Source of the DNA: Octopus bimaculoides
Lineage: Eukaryota
Reading direction: 5' to 3'
Assembly: GCF_001194135.2 (NCBI RefSeq)
Contig: NC_069000.1
Coordinates: 5,004,521 to 5,068,520 of the forward strand
Length of the DNA stretch: 64,000 nucleotides
In this document: piece after piece, positions 12,996-24,573 of the stretch
How the letters are laid out: each line of letters opens with the position of its first letter
Numbering within the stretch: position 1 is the first letter of the stretch
The notes under the pieces: model-generated
Seen by the model: only the letters and a program-made list of their open reading frames with translations
Told to the model about the DNA's origin: nothing
Database searches by the model: none
Translations under genes and position numbers: made by a program

Positions 12996-13158
12996 ACTGA
13001 ACACTATTCAATTTTTTTTCTCCGTGTTTTTCTCCTTGTCTCCGTATTCTTTCTGTTGAAGAGCGTAGCTCGAAACGTCAAAGACTTTCCGTATTCCCGA
13101 GCGTCATACTAATATATACTTTTGTTATTTACACCACCTGTCCTCGTCTGTTGTTATT
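12992..13158 (+). mobile_element. Penelope-like terminal repeat, copy 1
   Basis: Clearly homologous to 47021-47176 on the opposite strand (shared GAAGAGCGTA(G)GCTCGAAACGT, CCCGAGCGT.A.ACTAATA, ACCTGTC.TCGTCT). Contains a minimal hammerhead-like motif of the kind known from PLE termini and sits in a (TA)n tract. Confidence 0.7.
13048..13084 (+). ncRNA. Minimal type I hammerhead-ribozyme-like motif (A6->U variant)
   Basis: TCTTT (stem I) CTGTTGA A GAGC-GTA-GCTC (stem II) GAAAC GTC AAAGA (stem I'). Predicted cleavage is after the GUC at 13079. The palindromic ACGT provides the dimeric stem III. Activity not shown. Confidence 0.6.
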
Positions 13159-13217
13159 NNNNNNNNNNNNNNNNNNNNNNNNNNNNNNNNNNNNNNNNNN
13201 NNNNNNNNNNNNNNNNN

Positions 13218-13259
<42 letters not shown>

Positions 13260-14454
13260 TGTGTATTTCTTCTATCTTAAAGAATACAAATTCTTCTGAT
13301 AGAATAAATGGGTTAATAGAAACCAATGTAGCAAAGAACACAAAATAACTGTGGTTTAGTTCCTGCTTTTAAGACAGGAACTCGTTGAAATCTTGGGTAT
13401 TTGAGTATATTTAAGAATTTAAGTAATGGAGAAAACGCATGTTATAATTGCATACTTTATTCCTACATATGTTTCAAAGGATTACAACCTGTGTTATCCA
13501 TAGGGATCTTTGATATTAAAATTGTAACCTTCTCATCAGGGAAAGCCAATCTTTTGCACTTGCTCCTGTGGGGCTCTGTTGTGCCTTGATTCTAAAGTAA
13601 CATTGGGGACGGATCGGTCTTCTATTCTCTACATAAAATGAACGGCTTATATTCTCTCGCCACTAAAGGATATAGCAAAATATATAGATATATCTAACAC
13701 TTGACTAAGTAAAATGTTAGCAATCGCAAAGAACAAACCATTGTGAAGTAGCCTTAAGTATGAAGTAACCTAGGCCATTTAACAAACAGCATTAGCTGGT
13801 AAATAATAATTAGGAACAAAATAAAAAATCTTGGTAATGGGGTAGAATACGTGCATTGTTCAATGTACTGGCTAACAATAAGCGTAGAAATTTATAGCCG
13901 TAACGAGAATCTATTTACTATAAAAAAGAACACTCCCAACTGATGTCCGGCTCTCTCGTTTTTGAATATTATGCAAAAGAAAGCTTTCACTGGGAGATGA
14001 AGAAAGGCTAAGTAAACTATCAAAACAGCCTAATGCTCAATTCATATGCCGCTGTCAGTAGAAGATTCCCGAACCGAACATAAAGGATGATAAATGGCTT
14101 GGCATAGGTTTTTCAGCATCGTGCAATGAGATGCTTGTTACACATTATTGGTTGGCCAATCTCGCCAACGGAGAGAAAGATAATGATATTCAAAATGGCG
14201 CACTTCTTAACTCCACGAACTGTAAGTGGAGGAGGGATGGAAATATCCGAGTTAGTACGTCAAATTGCATGTATATATGTATCTATGCATGCATGTAAGT
14301 ATGTATGTATGTATGTGTGTATACATATATATGTGTGTATATATAAGACTCTCATACTATTTATATCCCTCTCTCCGTTTTCTTTCTATCTACCTAGATG
14401 AAAGACCATAGAATCATGCAGTTCCTACAATAGTATTATGTGTGTGTATATGTA

Positions 14455-14493
<39 letters not shown>

Positions 14494-15361
14494 NNNNNNN
14501 NNNNNNNNNNNNNNNNNNNNNNNNNNNNNNNNNNNNNNNNNNNNNNNNNNNNNNNNNNNNNNNNNNNNNNNNNNNNNNNNNNNNNNNNNNNNNNNNNNNN
14601 NNNNNNNNNNNNNNNNNNNNNNNNNNNNNNNNNNNNNNNNNNNNNNNNNNNNNNNNNNNNNNNNNNNNNNNNNNNNNNNNNNNNNNNNNNNNNNNNNNNN
14701 NNNNNNNNNNNNNNNNNNNNNNNNNNNNNNNNNNNNNNNNNNNNNNNNNNNNNNNNNNNNNNNNNNNNNNNNNNNNNNNNNNNNNNNNNNNNNNNNNNNN
14801 NNNNNNNNNNNNNNNNNNNNNNNNNNNNNNNNNNNNNNNNNNNNNNNNNNNNNNNNNNNNNNNNNNNNNNNNNNNNNNNNNNNNNNNNNNNNNNNNNNNN
14901 NNNNNNNNNNNNNNNNNNNNNTATATATATTTGTATATATACTTACATGCGTATATATATTCACTATGTGATGGTCTATTGGCTGGGTTGTATGAAACGA
15001 AGTGAAGCAAAATCTTCTTAGAATCGGGGGAATATTCCCCTAATAAAACATGTACTTATATATATAAAGACACACACAGGAGCACGAATACACACGTAAT
15101 ATAAATTCAACGTGCAACACATCAACACCCAGAAACGTCATCAATAAATGTTCAGTTTCTGTTTCTGTTATTTTTTTTTTTTTAGGAAAGCATTAACAGA
15201 AACAAATACAAGTATCTAATAGAATGCATATGGAAATTGCATTCTTGTTCGGGAAACCTAACATTTGCAATGCAGTTAAATTTGGTATGCTGCACTTTTT
15301 TCTTTTACGCTTCTCAGTTAATTCCGCACTAAGATGTATTTTATTCAACCAACACATTCTG

Positions 15362-15414
<53 letters not shown>

Positions 15415-15910
15415 AAGAAATTAAATAACGGCATTCATTCTCTTTCTTTCTATATATATATCACCCCTAACACTCTATACATATATTTATAGATATGTAT
15501 ATATGTGTGTGTGTATCTGTATGTGTTTGCGTTCGTGTATGTGTGTGAGTAAATGTATCTATGTATATGTTAAAGAGGTCCGATGGTAACAACTCGACAG
15601 TTTCCAATACCAGACATGCCATAAATTCCACTTTCATTTTCTACAGCTTTCGACAAAATTGACGCAAATGCAAATTTATTCTGACAAACGAATAAAAAAA
15701 GAGGAAGACACGTTGGTATATACGTAAATACATACAAACATACATACATATAGGTACACACATACTCTCACGCACGCACACACATAAATATATATATTTA
15801 TGCTTACATTTGTACATATTTATATATATATTTATCTCCATTATATTTACAATATAAATTATGTACTATTATCTAGCTATCTATTTATCTATATGTATGT
15901 ATGTATGTTG

Positions 15911-15956
<46 letters not shown>

Positions 15957-15969
15957 ATGTACAATTATG

Positions 15970-15970
15970 T

Positions 15971-16016
<46 letters not shown>

Positions 16017-16125
16017 AGAGAGAGAGTGGGAGAGAGAGAGTGGGAGAGAGAGAGAGTGGGAGAGAGAGAGTAGGAGAGAGAGAGTGGGAGAGAGAGAGAT
16101 AGAGAAATGAAGAGAGAGACAGACA
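15970..16125. repeat. (GA)n with (GAGAGAGAGTGG)n units
   Basis: Directly visible. Confidence 0.9.
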
Positions 16126-16715
16126 GAGAGGTTAAATGGAAGGAAGAAAGATGAAGAAAGGAAAAACAGGAGTGTATATTAGTGGCTACAAAGTTATATA
16201 TACATGAATGTATCAACCGTATAAAATACGTTATACTAATAAAAAAAAGTGCCCAAGGGAAATAAATCGAACGGGTCAATTCTTTGTATGCATATAATTG
16301 AGATAGGTGCGGATGTACTTAATAACGTTATATTATATGTATAAAATAGTGACACTGTTGCCAACAGCATTCGGATTTCGCCCTCTGTTACAATTTCTGT
16401 CGTTTTCTCTCGTTTACACTTCCTCTCTTTCCTTAACAGTCTTACCATTTGGCTTAGCTTACACTTAAAGCTGTTTCTGTCAAAACATACGCGCGTGTGC
16501 TAAAAAGTTTGTGGCTTTGAGTAAAAGAAAATACAGGAGGATCAGTTAATTATGATTTTCTTTGACCCCTTCGATTCTCAGATCCACACATTTACTGTAG
16601 CGGTCCTGCAGTCTCTCTAAGCTCTGTAAAAGAACACCACCGAATGTTGGGCTTCTAACTAGCGCTTTCGTGATCTCCTTAATGCCAGGAAATTTTCGGC
16701 AACCTCTTAATATTC

Positions 16716-16747
<32 letters not shown>

Positions 16748-16831
16748 GATTAGGATATTGTGTCACACCATTTCAGCTATGATATTACGACCACGTCGTC
16801 ATTTAGGCATATGAATAAAAGAAAAATGTTA

Positions 16832-16938
16832 ATATCTCCCCGTGTCACAGCTTTGCGATGTTCCTCTACCCTTATTTTGAGGGGTCGACATGTTTCACCT
16901 TTGTATAACCTACCACAGTTGCATTGGATGCAGTACGT
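16832..16938 (-). mobile_element. Penelope-like element GIY-YIG endonuclease fragment
   Basis: Translates YCIQCNCGRLYKGETCRPLKIRVEEHRKAVTRGDI, matching the PLE endonuclease pattern VY.IPC.CG..Y.GET.R.L..R..EH. Confidence 0.85.
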
Positions 16939-17677
16939 ATATATATAAGCTTTGCATAATAAGCATAAGCAAAAACAAAATGATTTATAATCCATGAAAA
17001 ATTCTCTCGCCTTAAAGGGAAATTTCACCCCATCTCCCATGTATTTCTTACCAAACTCACCTTCACTCCGTCCATCACTCCGAAAGCAACCGTGGGTAGC
17101 AACACCAAACGTCGCCGGTCAAAAATCGCAGGTATATACACATGCATATCAATATTTGCGTATATGTGTGTGTGTGTTTGTAGACAAATAGATGAATAGA
17201 TAGATAGAAAGATAGATAGATAGATATATACATACATACATATGTATACATACATGCATACATATACATACAAACATAGATACATACATTCATACATACA
17301 TACTTACATATATACATGCATGCGTATATATAATAGACAGTAGAACATTCCTGATTTAAGGTGGCACAATAGATGCCATGTTGATTTATGCCTTTACCGT
17401 GTATTTCTAAACGCATTTCAACCTAAAAACATTTTGGCAATGAGAACAATGTTAACAGATAGATGAGAAGTACATATATCTATATATAATAATAAAACAT
17501 TATTTTCGCTTGGTTTCAATGGTTAAGATAAATCTTCTACGGTGCAATGTTGGCAGGTTCAGCAAACAGTCTGACAGACTAAAGTCATGCCAATTGCAAA
17601 CCGAACAATATTAGGACACACTCAAATACACAGATAGGTTTATTTATATATGTATATATATATACATATTCTTTCAT

Positions 17678-17822
17678 TCTTTTCTTTGTTTCAGTCATTT
17701 GGCTGCGTTCATGCTGGAGCTCCACCTGGAAGTATTTTAGTCGAAGAAATCGACCCCAGGACTTAATTTTTTTTTTAAGCCTAGTACTTATTATACCCGT
17801 CGTTGTTGCCGACCGCTACAGT
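17678..17822 (-). mobile_element. SINE family B 3' tail
   Basis: Reverse complement of the tail seen at 18000-18136 and 27140-27276. Confidence 0.85.
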
Positions 17823-17940
17823 TCGCCGGACAGGATATTTATAGGTGACATCTGCTGCTATGTCTGGAGGCTCCAGTAGGGTCTGTTTAGCGTCACCAGA
17901 CCGATGCATTCACTGTGTATGTGTGTGTGTGTGTGTGTGT

Positions 17941-18136
17941 TTGTCTGTGTTTGTCCCCCACCAACGCTTGACAACAGATGCTGGTGTGTTTTCGTCCCTG
18001 TAACTTAGCCGTTTGGCCAAAGAGACCCATAAAATAAGTACGAGGCTTACAAAAAATAAGCCCTGGGGTTGATTTTCCTCGATTAAAGGCGGTGCTCCAG
18101 CATGGCCGCAGTCAAATGACTAAAACAAATAAAAGA
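17941..18136 (+). mobile_element. SINE family B 3' tail
   Basis: TGTTTGTCCCCCACC...GGCGGTGCTCCAGCATGGCCGCAGTCAAATGACTAAAACAAATAAAAGA following a (TG)n tract; matches 27081-27276. Confidence 0.9.
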
Positions 18137-18497
18137 ATATATACATATGTGTGTGTGTGAGTATATAACTACATGTATATATTTATATATAGGTATATGT
18201 CTAAATAGGAGTATGTGTGTGTGTGTGCAAATTTGTGGGTATGCATGTGCAAGCGGGTGTGTGTTCACATGTGTACGTACGTTGACAGTTATAAATGAAG
18301 AAACTAATATCAAAAATCAGCAACGAGAAATGAAATTAAGAAGACACAATTTTCTTGGGATATAATATTCAAAGAACTTCGATATCGTTTTGATTTTATC
18401 GTAGAAATTCCCTTCTATATCGATTAAATTCTTGAACGCTTACTGCAGTGCACAATATATAAAAAGCTGTATTCATACATACATACATATATACAAA

Positions 18498-18572
<75 letters not shown>

Positions 18573-19240
18573 NNNNNNNNNNNNNNNNNNNNNNNNNNNN
18601 NNNNNNNNNNNNNNNNNNNNNNNNNNNNNNNNNNNNNNNNNNNNNNNNNNNNNNNNNNNNNNNNNNNNNNNNNNNNNNNNNNNNNNNNNNNNNNNNNNNN
18701 NNNNNNNNNNNNNNNNNNNNNNNNNNNNNNNNNNNNNNNNNNNNNNNNNNNNNNNNNNNNNNNNNNNNNNNNNNNNNNNNNNNNNNNNNNNNNNNNNNNN
18801 NNNNNNNNNNNNNNNNNNNNNNNNNNNNNNNNNNNNNNNNNNNNNNNNNNNNNNNNNNNNNNNNNNNNNNNNNNNNNNNNATATATATATATATATATAT
18901 ATACCTACTTACGATATAATTTTAAATATATTCCAATGGATACATACCCACGTACACGCACACGCACGCACACATATACGTTAACACATACGTATAGATA
19001 TTAGATCTGCTAACTCCTAAATATAAATGGATGTATGCATATATATATATACATAATTACATACATACATACAAATATCTCTATCTATTTATCTATCTCT
19101 CTATCGATCGAGATACGTGTGTGCGTGTGCGCGTAATGTATGGATGTGTGTGGATAGGTAAACATACAAATCACTGTGATGTATATACATTTCAATATAT
19201 ACGAATGAAAGTTCATGTATATACATACATGCATACCCCC

Positions 19241-19298
<58 letters not shown>

Positions 19299-19735
19299 GT
19301 GTGTGTGCGTGCGTGCGTATGTGTATACATATATGTATACACATGCACACATCGTCATGGCTTTCTGTGACGCTCCTGTAATATTCTCGATGTATCAATA
19401 AAATAAACAGGTGAGAATAATGAGTAATTTATTTCTTAAAATGGCGTGTTACGAACGAAATTTAAGAAAAAAATTGCTGATGAAGCGATAAATCTTTATC
19501 TGTTCGGAGTATAGGAATGACATATTACAACACACATATATCGACATAATATATTCATGTGACATACAAATATGCACACATATACGCATACAGAACACAT
19601 ACACACACAAACACACAAGCACACACACACACACAGACACACAGACACACACACACTCGCACAAATAGATCTATATATAGGTGCATACATACATACATAT
19701 ATACATACATACACACACGCACACACACACACACA

Positions 19736-19803
<68 letters not shown>

Positions 19804-21025
19804 TACAGTCAGTTCTAAATCGCGAATTACCACCTAAATCATTATACACGCACACACTCACACACACACATATATATATGTGTATATATANNNNNNNNNN
19901 NNNNNNNNTATATATATATATATATATATGCATATATGTTTATTTAAATCAATTTGAAATATTCATTGATGTGAAAGATAGGACGTGATTCACGTGGAGA
20001 AAGCCTGAACTGCCCTCACACCGCAGCAAAACCGGAAGCTAGTATCAGTACAGTTTCAGAGAAATAAAAATAAAACATGAATGGTATGGAAGGAAGGTCT
20101 TACACAACCGCTTGATAATAGCTGACCTATGTAGCCTTAACTATAGAATAATTCCGCTATAGTAGCAATGGTAGCCGTTGCAATGAATACGCTATAGAAT
20201 AAGTCGCTAGATGTGTCTTTAAAAATAGATTGTCTCAGCAGATATTGTCTTGCTGCAGACTGTTCGCTGGATAAACAAGGAGATCCTATATAGATATCAG
20301 AGGATATCACACTCCAAAAGATAGCACGGCTAAAAGAAAACAAACAAGATATTCATGAGGTGATGTCTCTCATTGTATCTACTCGATCATAGAAAACTTT
20401 GAGCTGCAAAACAACACTGCCGACTAAAATTATAATAAAACCACTTACATAAAAACTGATTATGTTGGTGACGGTACAGGTGTGACATATTATATTTTCT
20501 AATTTCTGGAAAACCATAAACAAGTGAGTATGTTTTTATGGTTCTCTTTCAAATCCGAAGATGATTAATATAATTTTCAATTGTCAGTCTTTTTCCTGGT
20601 TCTACACCTTAATACTTGATGTGCAGCAGCTAATTGACAATCGCTCTATGAAGACCTCTTCTGCTTTTACACAAATACACTGCCATCACAAGGTCATACC
20701 TGGTTTACATGTAGGATCACCTTTGTTTATATTGATAGATGTGTTAATATTTTGTAGCGATGTACTCTATGTAACAACCAGTCACACAAGGAGAGAGAAA
20801 TCGCTATTTATCTATCAATAACATTGCAATCTGCACTGTATTCATACAATTATCATGCAGTTTACATGTAGGAATATTTTCTTCATTCATATTGGTAGCT
20901 GTGTTGGTTTTTCCTTAACATGTATCCTTTACTTTTATTAAACGTCCAAGAGGAAATAACACATTTAAAATCCCTTAAATTTTTTCCGCCCACTGGTCAT
21001 GTGCACTTTCACACGCTGTTTACAT

Positions 21026-21052
21026 GACGGAAAGTGAAAAAGGCTCGTCGCG

Positions 21053-21131
<79 letters not shown>

Positions 21132-21244
21132 GTGTGTGTTCGGTCCAGGGCTATAATAAACGACAATGGCTCAAAGTGCCATGCAGTGGAGCTGAGCCCG
21201 AAACCAGGTCGTTAGGAAGCAAGCTTCTTATTACATAACTACCC
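21026..21244 (-). mobile_element. SINE family B head with an internally inverted segment
   Basis: 21141-21244 is a minus-strand head (compare 53406-53570), whereas 21026-21050 (GACGGAAAGTGAAAAAGGCTCGTCG) plus the microsatellite is in plus orientation. Confidence 0.65.
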
Positions 21245-21259
21245 TGTGTATATATTTAT

Positions 21260-21276
21260 ATACATGCATACATACA

Positions 21277-21341
<65 letters not shown>

Positions 21342-21427
21342 AGTACTTATATATATATNNNNNNNNNNATATATATATATATTATATAAGTACTTATATA
21401 TATATGTATATATATATTGTATAAGTA

Positions 21428-21472
<45 letters not shown>

Positions 21473-21500
21473 AGTACTTATATATATATACATATATATA
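21260..21500. repeat. AT-rich minisatellite with four palindromic AAGTACTT cores in (TA)n
   Basis: Cores at 21341, 21388, 21423 and 21472. Confidence 0.9.
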
Positions 21501-22469
21501 TATGTACAGTATATATGTGTGAATGTATAAACGTCTCTCTCCCTGTCTCTCTTTTTCTCTCTGTACATACATACACACAGGCACACACAAACACACACAC
21601 ACACACTAACATGCACATGGCTGTATATAAACGAAAGACGAGGATGGAGGTGTTTAATAACGAACTTATAATCTCAAATATTCGTATATCAATAACAACA
21701 TGAAAGACAATGAAATAACTAGATATGATAATTTGCCTGACTCATTAAGTAAATATATGCAGGATAATAATTATATTCAAGTATACGTCAATATACACAT
21801 AAGGAAATCGATAACGTTAAAGTAATAAATAAAATATTATACGATATTTCACTCGTAAAACAATATGATAATGAATAAAATACTAAAGAGATATGGGAGC
21901 TGGAAGCTATGAAACGAAACTATATGATATGTAGTGTGTTTTAACCATCATGGCGGATATAAAAGCGTATTTCGGCGCAAAATGTGAGTCGATATGACGT
22001 TTCACCTTTTTTAATGGAGGTACTAACAGTATGCGCACATAAAGGCACACAGGCACATACTCATATTTCTGTATAATAACTGAGCTATAAATTTTGGTTA
22101 GGTGTTTGATTGGTTGACATCTTCAGTCATGCTTTACATCGTATATAGAAGGAAGACAGAGAAAGCGAGAGAGTATAGAGAGATAAGCAGATAACGTGTA
22201 CGCAGTAGAGAGTTAGCAAAAAAGCATTACTCAGAAACACAGAGAGAGGCTGGGAGAAATGCAATAACAGAATAGGAGGGGTAGGAGTAGCTCGGCGAGT
22301 AGGGATTAGTAATAGAGTAGTAATGGGAGAAGTGATACAAAAGTGAAATTTGCTTTATTTAATTTTATTTCTAATTAAGTAATTTTGCTTTGAAAATTAT
22401 CATTTCTTTAACTTTTTCATATAAACGCTAAGACGTTCGATAAAATTAAAAGTGTTTCGTATGACCACG

Positions 22470-22528
22470 TGCCAAACAACACCTGGTTTTCTGGATTTCG
22501 TAGACAGAAACTGAAAGAAGCCCGTCGT
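22470..22528 (+). mobile_element. SINE family B fragment
   Basis: GGATTTCGTAGACAGAAACTGAAAGAAGCCCGTCGT followed by (CA)n and a gap. Confidence 0.75.
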
Positions 22529-24004
22529 ATACACACGCACACACACANNNNNNNNNNNNNNNNNNNNNNNNNNNNNNNNNNNNNNNNNNNNNNNNNNNNN
22601 NNNNNNNNNNNNNNNNNNNNNNNNNNNNNNNNNNNNNNNNNNNNNNNNNNNNNNNNNNNNNNNNNNNNNNNNNNNNNNNNNNNNNNNNNNNNNNNNNNNN
22701 NNNNNNNNNNNNNNNNNNNNNNNNNNNNNNNNNNNNNNNNNNNNNNNNNNNNNNNNNNNNNNNNNNNNNNNNNNNNNNNNNNNNNNNNNNNNNNNNNNNN
22801 NNNNNNNNNNNNNNNNNNNNNNNNNNNNNNNNNNNNNNNNNNNNNNNNNNNNNNNNNNNNNNNNNNNNNNNNNNNNNNNNNNNNNNNNNNNNNNNNNNNN
22901 NNNNNACTACTATACAAACACAAATACAACTCTACATTCATCTCTGACTTTCAAACCGGTCAGCAATGACATTCACTAACACTGAAGTTCCCCTCCCGCT
23001 CTCTCTCTCTCTCTCTCTCTTTTTCTCTTCCTACTCTTTCTTTCTTCTTTTATCTCTTTCCTATCTCTCTCTCTCTCGTTCTCTGTCTCTTTGTTATTTA
23101 CACTTTACTACCACACATATCGACGATAGAACACACATCATTGTTTACGAATCAATTCGACGTAAGAAGCGCTCTGCATTAAGAAGAATTTTCCAGCTTT
23201 CTATAAATTGGAACATTGATTGTTCACCTGTCTTGTTCTACGCTTACTGTATTTATAATGATCAAAGCCATTAGCTCGCAAAGATAAACGAGGCAGCAAT
23301 CACACACTATATTCTGCTAGGCTGCATAGTAATTGGAAAACGCAATGACAAATGAAAAATGGTAAACATTATACGGAATGGACGCGTCTAACTGGCAAAC
23401 GAGATCTCTTGATTAAATAATAAACAGAAGTGATCCATATTACGGCAACTTTTAGAGTGTTTGCAGAGATATAAATACAATTTCTTCGGCTAATATAATT
23501 AAACAGAGATCTATGTGTTTGTATGTAAATGTGTACCTGCAGCATATTGTTATATTCTTAGTGTCATTTCTTCGTTTATTTTGCTTTGTTCTTTTATTTG
23601 ATTCATTCATTGCATTGCGGCCATGCTTGAGCAATCCCTTGAGGTAAAGTTTAGTCGATAATATCGACCAGTGTTGTTGGTTTTAAATTTGAGCTGTATT
23701 CTGTCAATTTGTGTCTGCAAAACCGCTAAGTTTTCTGGACAGTAACAGACCGACACCGAAGTGGAGAGTGTGAAACGGAAACACAAAGACACACGCACGT
23801 AAACGGGCACTCTCGTACTGTATACACACAAACACACACATACATACACACACACATACACACAAACACGTATATATATAAGAGAAAGACAGCCGTCTTG
23901 GACCGATACGGTAAGCCACAAGTGACCTCACAGATATTGCTATCAAAATGTAAAAAGCCGGAACAGATAACAAAATGCATCATGCTCAACACACCACTCA
24001 TCAT

Positions 24005-24150
24005 TGTTACTGTACTTTTGTACCTTGTAAGGATGAATGTAAAATCGACCTCGGCGGGATTTGAACATAGACTAGACTACAAACAACCCAAAAAATGTAC
24101 CATGAGGCATTCTCTCCAATACTGTAGCGACGTTGACAATTCAATTACTT
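24005..24150 (-). mobile_element. SINE family A, degraded
   Basis: AAGGATGAATGTAAAATCGACCTCGGCGGGATTTGAAC is the reverse complement of the family A core. Confidence 0.7.
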
Positions 24151-24534
24151 GAAAAGTGGTGATATAACTTCTAAAACATTAATTTCAATACCACATCAGC
24201 ATTATACGCTCTTTTATTGCTTCTTTGTGTTTATGCCAATAAAACTGAAGACATTAAAACGTCACATGTTTTCGCTCATGAGTTGATGAAAATATCATCT
24301 GTCCGGTAACCAGCAACTTTCAAACACGCACGCAAGTACACACATACACATACACACGCATAAAAACACATATACACACACATTTTAAACGTGAGATACA
24401 TTCCATAACAGATGTTTGTAAACCCGTCACATATCAACGTACTGTCGACTATTTCGACTATTCGAAATATGTTTCGATATGGTTTATGAATATTTTTTTC
24501 ATTTCTGGATTTCAAGTGATGGAAATTTAATATC

Positions 24535-24573
<39 letters not shown>

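Noticed and set aside
22455-22515. Apparent minus-strand exon with acceptor TTCTTTCAG
   Set aside because: The sequence is the reverse complement of a family B SINE fragment.
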